In this document: piece after piece, positions 1 through 14,987 of the stretch
Layout of the letters: every line of letters starts with the position of its first letter
How positions within the stretch are numbered: the stretch's first letter is position 1
Assembly: GCF_009914755.1 (NCBI RefSeq)
Contig: NC_060928.1
DNA: 64,000 bases
Source: the human T2T-CHM13v2.0 reference genome, Homo sapiens
Strand: one strand, 5' to 3'
Notes under the pieces: model-generated
What the model saw: only the letters and a program-made list of their open reading frames with translations
Databases searched by the model: none
What the model was told of the DNA's origin: nothing
Program-made: the position numbers and the translations under genes

Positions 1-93
1 TGCCTTCATAATTCAATCACCTCCCTCCCTTGACATGTGGGGATTACAACTGGAGATAAGATTTGAGTGGAGACACAGAGCTAAACTATATCA
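1..93 (-). mobile_element. MST/THE1-type MaLR LTR terminus (cut by window edge)
   Basis: gattacaa...gagataagatttgagtggagacacagagctaaactatatca is the reverse complement of the LTR 5' end. Confidence 0.8.
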
Positions 94-589
94 GCTACTG
101 AAAAAAGTTGATAAATTAAAAAAAAATTAAAAATAAAAATAAAAAAAAAGTAGACAAGGCTTAATTTTGTTGATGAAACCTATGACAGACTTCTAGACCC
201 ACCTTACTTTCAAATTCTTGGGCACTTAAAATAATTACTTAAGTAATATAAAGTGTACAGAAGCCAACAGAGAATATGTTTCTTTGCCTTAGTCCTCCAG
301 TCCTACCCTATGTATAACGTGCCCCCAGCATATACCCTTTGTATACATAGGACTGTTGTCTTACCACAGAAACTAAGAACTAGAATTGTTGGATCAAATG
401 GAATGCACTTTTTAAATAGTAATATATGCTGCCCAACTATCTTCCGAAAAGCCTTCACTACATTATTATAATCTCACCAAAAGCACATAGATGAGAATAC
501 CTATTGCCTATATTTATTAACACTGAATGTTATTGATCTGTTGAATAAAAAGTTATCTTAATATAAAATTTCAAAAAAAAAAAAAAATT

Positions 590-1490
590 GAAGATAAGCC
601 ACAGACTGAAAGAAAATATTTGCAAAAGACCTATCTGATAAAGGATTGTGATTCAAAATATACAAAGAACCCTTAAAGTTCAACAAGAAAATAAGCCACC
701 CGATTGAAAAATAGGCCCAAAAGACTTACCAGGCAGGGTAGATACCATGACCACAAGGGTAGTTTTCCCTAGGGCAAGGCTTCTCTATTCCACTGAAGAC
801 TTGCTGATCCCTGTGATTTCTCCAAATGTGGGAAACTCAACTGCGTAATTTGTGGTAGCAGCATACTGCATTCATGCTTTTCCCCAGTAAATAAAAGGAA
901 AAAATGAGCCAACAACCTGAACAGACACCTTACCAAAGAAGATATACAGATGGCAACTGAGCATATGAAAAGATGCTCCACATATATGTCAATAAGGAAT
1001 TGCAAATTAAAACAACGAGATCCAATTGCCCGCCCATTTGAATGGCCAAAATCCAAAACACTGATAATGCTACTGCTGTTGAGGATGTGGAAAAAGAACT
1101 CTTATTTATTGCTGATGGGAATGCTGTAAATAATATTACAAAGACATGTGTACCTGTATATTCATTGCAGCACTATTCATAATAGCAAAGACATAGAGTC
1201 AATCTAGGTGCCCATCAATGATGGATTGGATTTTTTAAAACATGGTACTATACACTATGAAATACTATGAAGCTATGAAAAAGAATAAAATCATGTCCTG
1301 TGCAGCAACATGGATGCAGCTGGAGGCCATTAACCTAAACAAATTAACATAGTAACTGAAAGCCAAATACCACATGTTCTCACTTATAAGTGGGAGCTAA
1401 CCTTTGGGTGCCCATGGATAAAGATGGCAACAATAGACAGTGGGGAATACAAGAGGAGGGAGGGAGGGAAAGGGGCAAGGGTAAAGTTGA
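590..1490 (+). mobile_element. Old L1 (L1M-type) ORF2 end / 3' UTR fragments, interrupted by the U1 pseudogene
   Basis: aaaatatttgcaaa..tatctgataaagg, gaagatatacagatggcaa, ccacatgttctcacttataagtgggagctaa. Confidence 0.9.
722..887 (+). pseudogene. Full-length U1 snRNA processed pseudogene (possibly the annotated RNU1-36P; symbol not verified)
   Basis: agacttaccaggcagggtagataccatgacc...aaatgtgggaaactcaactgcgtaatttgtggtag...tttccccag aligns end to end with U1; followed by an A-rich tail. Confidence 0.93.
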
Positions 1491-1939
1491 AATAATTTTT
1501 TTAATTTTTTAAAAGGATATTTTTTGGCTCATGGAGTCCAGGGGTGGATCTAGCTTCAATTAGTTCTAACTCAGGGGTTCAAATGATGTCCTGAGAACCT
1601 AGTCTTTCTCTGTCTCTTTGATCTACTCTCTTAAAATACAGATTCCTAGGACCTAGCTGAGACATAATGAATCAGAATCCCTAGAAGTTAGACTCCAGAA
1701 TCTTTATTTAAAATAAAACAAAACAAAAAAAACTTCCCAGAAGAATGTCATAAAGCTCTTATTGGTTAAATGTTTTATCCATGTATAGCAAGCTAGTTAC
1801 AAGCTTCTTGCAGGCATAAACAACTTCTTTAGCATCCTAATCATATCTAAGATTGTACGAAGGGGACATAAAACAGGTACTCTGCAAAGTCTGGTAGATC
1901 TGGGAATGCTGGAAGCCTCATTCATGTTGGCATCAAAAG

Positions 1940-2200
1940 GTATTTGAAAAAAAATTGTGATAAGCTTTGGAAAAATCTGGGCTAGTGAAAATTGGATTTA
2001 AAGTTTTTTTAAAATACAACTATACCCAAACAGTACTAGTGAATAAACTAGAGTTGATGAAGAGAAAAGCTGCACACAGTATTTCAAAGAACTCTGTTCT
2101 TGGCCCCAATTTGTTCAAAATTCTTTTGAACTTGGATAAAAATATAGATAATAAATATCATAATCTGCATCTGACAAAACCAGGAGATGGCACACAATAA
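1940..2200 (+). mobile_element. L3/CR1 LINE reverse-transcriptase fossil
   Basis: The ORF 1967-2200 segment SISKNSVLGPNLFKILLNLD resembles CR1 RT [22 protein letters not shown]. Confidence 0.6.
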
Positions 2201-4725
2201 AAATGTATTTCATAATGTTCTTGAATAGCATGGCCACCCAAACATTAGTTCAATTTTAGTATTCTTCCAGTATCCACATTATAAATATTTTTTGTATCTC
2301 CATTGTTGGCGCCATTTTTCCCCTGAGCATCAACATTTTGGCTGCCAGCTTGTCTGGACTTACATCTTTAAAACTCTAAATCTGGTGGGAAGAAAAGCTT
2401 TTCTTTTCCAACAACTGGAAAAAAATTTCTGGCCTAATTTTTTTTTTTAACACAACAGGATAACATACTTGTGAAATACCATTCACAGGGGCCAGGGAGA
2501 CTTGATGCTGATTGGGCAAGCCTGAGCTCCACAATCACCACTTGGGAGCTAGCAGTGGTGTCTGCCACACCTGAGACACATATAGGCTAAGAATGGCAGC
2601 AGGGGTGGGTAGGTGGGGGTGTCCCCAAGAAAACTTGCACTAGAAAACAGACTGGCTGCTGAGCTGCTAATAAGCCAGGGTCCCTGCTCTCCAGGAGCTT
2701 ATGTGCCACTCACGAAGACGTCTATGTGAACAGATATTTTCAGTATAAGGTGGCAAATGTTGGAATAAAGGTTTACAGGGTAGAGAGGCATGTCAATTCA
2801 TGCTGGGGGCCAAGATTGTGTCTATGGAAGGTTCCAGGGAGAGATGAAGTCTGAGTCTAGAAAAATTCCTAAGTTTTTATGGGTAGAGAAGTTGAGAATG
2901 ATCTATGGATGTTTCCAGGCAGTTTAACTATAAGATTTGATCTCATTGAAGGTAGGAATCATGTCTTATCTTTGTCACTCTGGAATGCAACACAGTGACT
3001 GGCATGTAGCGGACACTCAATACATGTTTTATAAACTTATTAATATTCCTTCATTAGTCCTCAACAAAAATTCTGTGGGGGATTTATAAGATGGGTATTT
3101 AACCTCATTATCCAGAGAAGGAAATTGAGATAGAGAGATTAGGTCATCAAGATCACGGTGCCAGCCAATTATGGTGCCAAGATAACCCCACAGAGACAGG
3201 GATGTATGCAGGCCAATCCAAACCAAATCTATCATGAAGAAGGCCACAAATCCTAGCTTTATGTTATTAAAGCAGCAAAATGACAAACAAAGTAAAGTCA
3301 AAGTCTTACTGTGGTTAGCAGTTCTTCTCATAAAGCCCAAAACACCAGATTTTCTTCTAATGATTTCAGATGTCAAGTGGTAAAAATTGATTTTACAATG
3401 TTCTTGAGTAAATAAGTACTGGGGAAAAAAATGAGGAGGAAACATGTTTGTTTGGGTAAATTGCTAAGCAACACCACACATGCCAGAAACTCCTTTTGGA
3501 TTTCCTCTCGAGGTGGAGACCGCGAAACCAACGGGTACTTCACTTTGTGTCTGTTTCATCAGTTCACACTGGAAAATAAAAGCCAAACAGGCAATTCTAA
3601 TAATACAAGAGTCAGAGGTGTGGAGGCCACTAATATTAAATTAGACTGAACTGTTTAAGGTTGCCTTTTAAAATGGCTCCTTCCAGCGTCCACGGTGGCA
3701 CTAAGACTGAGGTGAGATTTGTGCAGCGTGTCCAGGAAGATCTAGCACACTGATGAAAAAAAAAACAAACAGCAGCCAGGCCATGTTATCTATCCCACTC
3801 GGTATTTCCAGATGCTACAGATGATGGAAATTTGTAATGTGACAACAGGATTGTGGAAATGAGATGAAAAAAACTTTGTGCACGTCACTTATTTAATAAT
3901 GGAAAATTTCTTATTAGAAGTAAGGTCTTCAGATGGGTATTAAAGGAAGGAATTCCGTGGGTAGGGAGAGAAATTTACAGCCTCAGGGCCTGCTTGAGCA
4001 AAAGCTGGGCACTCTAAAGGGGAGAAACAAATTAACATAAAAGCACAAAAGGGAACCTTAGTAAGCCAGAAGGAATGAATAAGTATTTGAACAGGAAATA
4101 TATTAGATGGCTGGTGTTGGGTTTATGAAAATTAAGATTGAAATTAATATTGAAACTCCAAAATGTAAGATTTAGGGTGCAATGGACCAAATGCTATTTA
4201 AGTGGTATTACACAAAAATTGCTGCGAATTTTTAATGATTACATTTCTTGCAATAATTTGTAAAGAAAATTTTGGGTAAGCACACATATAACTCTGAATT
4301 ATGTATGTGCAGACACATTTCCAATCAATTTGAATTCTTTTAAGGGTGAGGATATAGTTTCAGGAAGAAGATTTCAGATTTTGTTTTAAATAGGAACTGA
4401 CACTCTAGAAAGAAAAAAAAAAGGCCTATTTATGTTATCATTAACTATAGAGAGTCTGTACTCCTTAACACACATCTGAGGCTTCCTATGATCTGGCCCT
4501 ACCTACCTTCCCTACCCATGCCAGCCTGGGCAATCTCTCTTCTAAATCCCCTCAAACCCTGTAAAATATAAGCTCACCTCTATGAGAGCTAGGCTTTTCC
4601 CCTATTTAATGAATTGCCGTCTCTCCTAGTATTGTGCCTGGCATATAGTAGGTGTTTAGTAAGTATTTGTTATAGAAGCCTCTAGGATTGGCATGGAGCC
4701 CTCCAGAAACTCACAGCCTAGCTGG

Positions 4726-4895
4726 AACAAAGACATCCACAAAAGCAATTATAATAGATGAAAATAGTTATCATAATTAAGATATAAGAGCTAAGACCAC
4801 TTCTAACACTAACAAAGACATCCACAAAAGCAATTATCATAGATGAAAACAGTTATCATAATTAAGATATAAGAGCAAAGACTACTTCTAACACT
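4726..4895. repeat. Tandem duplication, 2 x 85 bp
   Basis: aacaaagacatccac...cttctaacact at 4726-4810 and 4811-4895; 4 mismatches. Confidence 0.97.
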
Positions 4896-4927
4896 ATTAG
4901 CACGTACATGTCAGACGGTGTTCCACA

Positions 4928-5292
4928 TGCTATGGTCTGGGTGTTTGTGTTCCCCCCCCATAATTCATACATTGAAATCCTAACCTTCAAAGTGATGGTA
5001 TAAGGAGCTGGGGCCTCTGAGAGGTGATTACATCATGGGGCTGGAGCCCTCACAAATGGGATTAGTGCCCTTAGAGAAGCAGCTCAAGGGAGCTCTTTTG
5101 CCCCTTCTACCATAAGACACAGCTAGGAGGTGCAGTCTATGAACCAGAAAGTAGACCCTCACCAGACCACAAATCTGCTGGCAGCATGATCTTGGACCGT
5201 CCAGCTTCCAGAACTGTAAGAAATAAAGGTTCATCGTTTATAAGCCACCCACTACATGATATTTTTTATAGCAGCCCGAATGGACTAAAACA
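4928..5292 (+). mobile_element. MLT1A/MSTD-type MaLR solo LTR, inserted in a MIR
   Basis: TGctatggtctg...ttccagaactgtaagaaataaa...cagcccgaatggactaaaaCA; the MIR resumes at about 5293-5450. Confidence 0.85.
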
Positions 5293-5619
5293 CATGTATT
5301 AATTCACCTAATCCTCACAACAACCCTATGAGGTAGGCATTATCATTATCCTCATCTTTGGTGGTACAAGGAGATAAAGTGACTTTCCCAAGGTCACACA
5401 GCTAGGAAGTAGTGAGTAAATCAGAATCCAGGCAGTCTGGCTCCAGGGTCCTTACAACGAATTAGTGACTGCAGGCACAAGCATAGAGTAACCTGACTCA
5501 AAGACCACTGAATTTTCTTCTAAGTCTGGGATTCCAGATGATTGTCTCACTAGTGCTAACAGTGAAGTATAGAAATGTGGGGGAAATATTTATGAAACCT
5601 CTTCCATTTGGAACACATT

Positions 5620-5795
5620 GGTGCTTCTCAAACTTTGGATGCCTGAGAATCCCCTGTGAAGATTCAGAATTTCAGGACTGGAATCCGGAAGATTTTGAGT
5701 CAATAAGGTTGGAATGTGGACCCAGTATCTATATTTTTAGCAAGAGCTGCAAGTGATGCTGGAGATCTTCTGATCACAATTTGAAAACATTGTAC
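5620..5795. mobile_element. MER5A-type hAT MITE
   Basis: gtgcttctcaaactt...gaatcccctg...acaatttgaaaacattg. Confidence 0.7.
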
Positions 5796-6323
5796 TAGGC
5801 CTATTCTCCAGAGGACCCTTTGGCTCAGATTCTGCATTCTCTTTCCAGGCCTGGCTCTCCTCTGTTGGAATGTGTCTGTAAGAATCCTTCGACTCTGCAG
5901 TGCTGCTGGTGCTATTCAGGACATCTTCAGCTTCAGAAGTTCCTTGGATGACAGGCACCATAACCCTTAACCCACTTGGTAATCTCTCATTTTTGGTCTG
6001 TCTCCTCTTGAGGGCCAAGGCTGTATCATACTCCTCTCTACATGCCCAGACCTTAATTCAGGGCACAGGAAATGTCTTCAGAATGAACTGATGAATAGCA
6101 TGAGCTAGGGCTGTGCTCCAGACCCACCAGTCTTGCCTTTGAGAAGCTCACAGTTAAGAGAAGAACATGAATATCTAAATTAATAAACTGCAGGATCAGG
6201 TAATAGGTAGCCATAATTACCTAAATATTAGCAGCATGTTATATGTGCCTAGAGAACAAATGAATAATTCATTAAGGTGGATGGATGGCATGGGATGCCA
6301 TGCTAGAGGAGTACATTAAGAGC

Positions 6324-6928
<605 letters not shown>

Positions 6929-8153
6929 GGAGCAGATTATGAGAATTTACTAAACCAAACCACAGAAATTAAATTTTATCCTTTCAGCTGCCAGAAGCCC
7001 ACAGAGGTGTCTAAGCATCAACGTGACAAATAAGCAGCTTTGGTTCTGCAATATAACCTGGAAATAGTGAGGACACCGACGTGGAGAATAGAGATGGGAG
7101 TTGACAGGGATCAATTGTTCTAATGCGGAATAATGCAAGACATAAGATCAAGCCAGCAGGAGTGAGAAACAGAGATCATATCAGGGTGATATCTGTGGGG
7201 CAAAAGTAACAAGAAGATAAGGTGTAGGCGGTGGAGGGTAAACCGCGAGGCTTCCATGAAGAAGAGTGGCCTGGGAAGTGAGGAGGACAGCGAAGCCCCA
7301 AACCTCACCTTGGGATACGGGAAGTGAAGCAGGTTCCAGAGAAGGGGACAAGATAATGACTTAGGGTAGGATAAATTTCAGACAATTGCAGAGCATCACA
7401 TTAGATGTGTTCAGAAGAGTGGAAATAAAGTTCTGTGCCTAGGCCCTCATGCAGGATTCTGTTGCTAGAAGTCAGTGCTGGCCGCAGGGAGACCGGAGAT
7501 CACAGTGGAGGCACCAGCGATCCGAGAGTCCTGTGACGAATCCCTGGGATCCCCACAATGTGTGGAGACAGAAGCCAACCAAAGAGCGAGAAAGCATCTC
7601 CAAACCAGCAGAATCAGGGGCAGGAGGCCCGCCAAATGCACAGCAAGTCAGCCTTGGTAGTTTGCAAATGGAAAGATTTCTTTGACCCGCTGGAGACTTC
7701 AGCTCAGGCTGGATGTCGCTAATTCACACCATCTTACCAAAAGGTTCTTTCCCTGCCCTTTGGTGAATCGAGGCAGAAGTGGCTGGTGGATAACTGGGAC
7801 CCAAGAGTTATCTCAGCGTCGGGCAGGCATCGACAGCTCCAGGAGCCCTTTCCCTGCAGGCGGGCTGGCGGGTGAGCGATTCCCTCCCTTCCCAGGCCTT
7901 CCCGGGAATGGAACGTGGGCGCCCGCGCCCGGGCTCCGGTTCCACTTGGAACGCGGACTCGGGAGCCGCCGGGCGAGCGCGCAGACCGCGGGGGCGGCTC
8001 CCTCGCACCTCCCCGCTCAGCGCGCCGCGGCGGATGGGCGAGGCGGGGCGAGGCCAGAGGGAGGCGGGCCAAAGGGGCGGGCGAGAGGACGCGGGACCGC
8101 GGGGAGGTCGGGGGCGGGGAGCAGGCGGCGGCGGGCGCCGGGAAGAAAGGAAC

Positions 8154-9073
<920 letters not shown>

Positions 9074-10582
9074 TGAAAATTAGTGAAAGCCTAATTAGAG
9101 TGAAAGAGTACATCTGGGTTTTGTTTTTTTTTTTCTTGTAGAGGAAAAAATGAACATTACTTGTGTAACTGATGGTAGTTGCAACTGCATATTTGCCAAT
9201 GTCACAAAATCTAAAGGAAAATGTTATAGTCACCCGTGGTTTCCTTCTTGCCTGGACACTCCATTGTCCCGGGCTGAAAAGGGTAGCAGTACAGTGCATA
9301 TAATGTCAAGTTGTGGGAGGAGTGTGGCAGATTGTCATTGGTGCATTTTTTTGGTGATGTGTGTGGTTGTTTTGAGGAGTGGGAGCTGTTAAGAACACCA
9401 CAAATAGAATAAAATAATATCGTGAAGTTATTTGGCCGTTTCTAATTCTAGACATTTTTCTAAAAACAGTTGCAAAGGAAAGATTACATTGTTTTAAAAA
9501 AATTTGAAGTATGTTTTTAAATAACTAAATTAATGTTCTTTGAAATTCCACCAAAATGATGAAGTCACCAGATAGCAGCTGATAAATGTGTCTGAGCCCA
9601 GTGCGCCCAGCTCTACAAAAGGCAGAAGAGGAATTTTCAAATTTGCCAGTGCCCAGTAAGAGGACATGAATTTTCTAGTACCAGAGGAAATTCTCTTTTT
9701 ACAAATTTTGTCAGAGGTATCCTTGGGAAAGTATTTCATTTGCTTTTACCCTCCAAATTATTTTAATCTATATTTTTAAGAGTTTCCATTCTCAGTTGAG
9801 TTTTTCTTGTTCTTCTCCTTCTGTCAGTTTTGAAAGTCTTGCACAAAAACAATCCAGGTGTTGTTACAGCAGTGTGATTAAAACCAGGTCAGGCCTACAC
9901 TGAAATCCCAGTTCCACCACTCATTAGCTGTACGACCTTGAGCAAGTTACTTATCCTCTCTGATACCCAATTTTTGGATTTTTTTTTTTTTTAAAGAGAT
10001 GATCATAACGCTTAGGACTTGACTCTTTGGGAGAATTAAGTGAGTTAAGACATAAAATGTGCAGCATGTATTTGTCATGTTATTAGCGCTTCAGAAATAT
10101 AAATGTAAACATTTTGGTACTTCGTTTATGGAGATTCTTATACTAGTTAATTTTATTAAAAGCATGATGGGGAACAAAAGATCCTTTTCGGATAACCTGT
10201 GTGAGTAAATTAATAAAACACTAACACTTTTTAAGATTCAAAACTGGATTAATTATGTTATTTTACACCATTTAAAATGTGCATTTAAAAAATATTCACT
10301 GAAGTGAGAGAGAAGTTCCTTTTAAGTTAATAAATAATGGTAAGTTGCATGATCCTTTTAACTCAGTTTAAGCATTTGATAACACCCCTAACCTTGTTTG
10401 AATAAACTCAATAACAGAATATAGAGAAATAAAATATATATTTCATATGAGTATGTATGTAAATTTATTTCTTTTAAAGGAAAATTTCAGGAAACAAAAT
10501 GAATAAGCTCATAGTCATAAAACCTCTAGCCAAAGTGTGTCAATGGTCTGATTTGTAGGAGAGCAGACTCAGGAATCGGGAA

Positions 10583-10756
<174 letters not shown>

Positions 10757-12369
10757 TAATTATATAAAATGTTTAAATAAATTGTTATTCCTTTCTTTTA
10801 TGAAGAAATATAATTGATATTCTTGTCACTTATTAAATAAGCAACATTTTAAAATGCTTAGCACCTACTGTGAAGATAGCACTGTGCTAGCTGCTATGAA
10901 TAAACTAGAATAGCATATCACTGTTTTCCTATGGACAAAAACCCAGAAATGTAAAATAAATAGCCATGAATGGGTTGAGATTCCCCCTGCCCCCTTTGGA
11001 TACTGATGACAGAAATCTTATATGCACTATGTAAGCAGTGCCCTAGGATCAGAACAGAAAGTAACTTGCAATTTTTAAAGGTGGGAGAAATGACTGAAGT
11101 TTGGAGTGGTCAGGAGTTTCCCTGGAAGTCTCTTGCCTTTGTGACTTTGTATAGCTCCCTCAAACTACCTGAGCCTGAGCTCCTCATTTATAAAATGGAA
11201 GAATTGAACCTAGCTTCCAAGGTCCTTTCTAGCTTCACCATGCTCTGGTCTGTTGTTTAATGACATGAATCCAAGATGGACAACAAATGGTCGATTTTGC
11301 TCCTTCTACAGTAAATAGATCTATCTTCTTAGCAGAAGTAAAATAGTAAAGAAAGAAGACATGTTTGAGGCCTGTTGAGGCCTGTTTGCTGTATGCATTG
11401 TATCTAATCAAGGAATTGAGAATGTAGCCCTAAATATTAGGAAGGAGTTGAAAGTTTCTGAGCAGGAACAGAACATGCTGAAAGGAAATTGTGTCAGCAG
11501 CATGGTGTACAGGAGAGCTTGGCAGAGAGAAAGGAGGCAAGAAGACCTGTGGGAGGCAGCCAGTAAGGAGGTGAAGAGGGCCTGGACCAAAGGAAGCCAA
11601 GGATGACCGAAAGATTTAAAGATGAAGCCCAGATTTAAAAGTATCCTCAAGTATTTGTTTATTCTTTTCTTAGCAAATTCTTTTTAGTACAAAGATAAAA
11701 TATGGCACTCTGAGTCATAAAATTTTCTGAATTTCAGAAGTTGAATGTTTTTCTGAATGTATCAACCTGTTAAAGTCAGTTCCTGTTTGTTATTTTAGGT
11801 GTATATTCTTGGGCTTTTTTTTTTTTTTCCTAGAGAAACTATGAAGTACTAGCTGTGCAAGTCAGGGTGGGCTAAGCTGCTAAAACAGATACCTCCCTCC
11901 CCTTCAATACCCTGAAGAACAAGAAGTTAATTTTTTGCTCGTGTAACATTTTAGAGAGGGTATTCCAGGTTGAATACCTGGAATAATGAATGAAATAATA
12001 AGTCGACTCTTATTTCTCCTAAAATAATTGGATCTTGACATTGAAATTGGTGTGCTGATTGTATTTAATAAGTGACCTCCAATGCAGTTATTTCATTTTG
12101 CCATACTTTATGTAATTTTTATTTTTTCTGCCTTCCCTTTCGATGTCTAAAGGGAAGCATAATTAGTTATTGGAAAGGTTATTGAGACTTAAAAAAAGAT
12201 TTGAACATGGCTTTGGTTGATGCTACCACACAGAAACTGCAAACATCCAACTCACCGCTCTTAGTTGCTGTTCATGATAGTCTATGCACAGTGACTGATG
12301 AATTTAGCCTGTCTTGAGGCTTCAGAACTTAGTCTTATGTCATCACGAGCAGAGCTTTATCCTAAATTA

Positions 12370-12605
12370 CAGGTTTTCAATGGGGGGGGGGAGGGGCAGT
12401 TTTGCCCCTCAGGGGACATTTGGCAATCTCTGGAGACATTTTTGATTGTCATACCTGGGGGGATGCCCCTGGCATCTCCTGGGTTGAGGTTAAGGATGCT
12501 GCTAATCTACAATGCACAGTACAGCCACCCCACACACACACACTACAAAGCATTCTCCCACCCAAATTGCCAGGAGTGAGGACTTTGAGAAACCCTGCCC
12601 TAGAC
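12370..12605. mobile_element. MER20 hAT element (followed by a MIR at about 12625-12860)
   Basis: ttttgcccctcaggggacatttggcaatctctggagacatttttgattgtca...gagaaaccctg. Confidence 0.9.
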
Positions 12606-13024
12606 TGTTAAATTCAAAAGGAAATAATGGTTTATTGCTCACAGTGTGCCAGGCACTGTGTTAAACTCCTTATATTCATAGTTTTGTTTTTATCCTCACA
12701 ACAACCTGTGAAGAAAGAACTCTCATCCGTCACCACTTTACTGTTGAGGGCACTAAGCCTTCTAAAGGTTAAATGACTTGCCCAGGGCCGCAACTATTAG
12801 ATGTTGCAGTCAGGATTTAATTCCAGGCACTTTGTGTTCAAAGTGTTTCTCATCCACTGTGCTATATGCCAGTAGTGCCCAAACCTAACTTTAGCCAGCA
12901 ATTGTCTGCATCTCTTTAGTTTATGAACATTTATTTATTAGGACATGCAGGATAAATCATACCAACACAGTCCGTGTATCCAGAATTCTAATTGATCTAG
13001 GGAGTGGGAGAGCCTGCCTCTCTA

Positions 13025-13560
13025 TTTTTTTTAAATTGGTGTGAAATATACATAACATAAAATTGGCCATTTTAACCATTTTAAGTATATAATTGAGTGA
13101 CATTAAGTAGATTTATTATATTATGTAAATGGACTTAACACGATTTATTTCCAGAACTTTATCATCCCAAACAGAAACTCTGTACTCATTAAACAGTAAC
13201 TCCCTGTTTCCCCACTCCCCCTTGCCCCAGACGCTAGTAACCTCCATTCTACTTCCCCTTTCTGTGAGTCTCCCTGTTGTAGCTACCTGATGTAAGTGAA
13301 ATCAGACCATGTTTGATCTTTTGTGTCTGGCTTATTCACTTAGCATAGTATTTTCAAGGTTTATCCATGCGTGCAAATTCCCTTCTTTTTTATGACGAAA
13401 TACTATTTAATTGTGTGTGTACATGTGCACACACAATGAAATACTATTTCATCATAAAAAGGAAGTTTGTACACATATATACACACACACCAAATTTTGT
13501 TTATCCATTCATCAGTTCATGGGCATTTGCGGTTTTTTTCCACCTTTCGACTGTTGTGAC
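13025..13560 (-). mobile_element. Old L1M 3' end, antisense; contains an 84-bp palindrome
   Basis: atatacataacataaaattggccattttaaccatttttaag...tggcttattcacttagcatagtattttcaagg...ttttgtttatccattcatc. Confidence 0.9.
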
Positions 13561-13832
13561 TTTCCGTTTATTTTTAATCTGAACTTTACTCCATCACTTC
13601 CTCCCTTTCCTTTTTTATTCGCACCATAATTTTGAACAAGCAGACTTTGTATTTTCATTACTCTGGGGATTTTTTTGAGGGAGGCTTGCTACCCTTTGGG
13701 GTTGTGGTAAGGTTGTGCCAGTAACAGAATTCATGCAGTAAAAAACATTCATGGGACTTTCTTTTGTGATAGGTACTAGGGATGCAGAGATGAATAATAC
13801 AAGGTCTCGACCTTCAAGGAGCTCAGGGTTTA

Positions 13833-14213
<381 letters not shown>

Positions 14214-14852
14214 TCAGATTTACCTGGAGAGGTCAGAGAAGGTTTCCAGAGGGAGTAAAACTTGAGCTTCATTTTGAAGAATGAGGGGGGAATACAAGGA
14301 GGGAAAAATAATAGGAACAAGACCTGTTCCTGTTACAGCAAACCTGTAACTCCCACCATGGAATGGGCACGTTTTCCTGTAGACATTTGGAGCCAGTGTG
14401 GGCTTCAAGCCTAGGGGGCTGATATGATCATTTGTCAATCTGAAGATGACTCTTGGAACAACGTAGAGGATAGGGTGAGGTGGGTAGGCTGGTGGCTGAC
14501 AGACTAGGTCAGGAGAGGGCTGACCAAGAGGAGGAGGGGTGACGAGGGCTGGAACTAAGGCGTATGAGCTGGGATGGAAAGAAGCTAGATAGAAAGGAAA
14601 CAAAAACCATCAGAACTGTGGAACCAACTCCATGGGAGGGATAAGAAGAGGGCCTATTCTAGGGTGAAACCCAAATTTCTGGCATGGTACCATTAACCCA
14701 AACAGAAAGAGGAGATTTCCAGAGAAAGAAAAGCAAATTTTGCGGGAGGTGAGTGTGAGCTGTCTAGAGAATATGCAGGTAGAACTACATGTTAACTGTA
14801 ACATATACTTGTCTGCACCTCAGGAGATGGCTGATTAAGAATTCAGGATTCA

Positions 14853-14987
14853 GGCCAGGCACGGTGGCACACGCCTTTAATCCCAGCTGCTTAAGAGACT
14901 GGGGCGGGAGGATTGCTTGAGCCTGGGAATCCGAGATCAGCCTGGGCAACATAGCAAGACACTGTCTCTAAAAAAAAAAAAAAAAAA
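14853..14987 (+). mobile_element. Alu left monomer (FLAM)
   Basis: ggccaggcacggtggc...gtctct then poly-A; flanks aattcaggattc/aattcaagattc. Confidence 0.9.
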
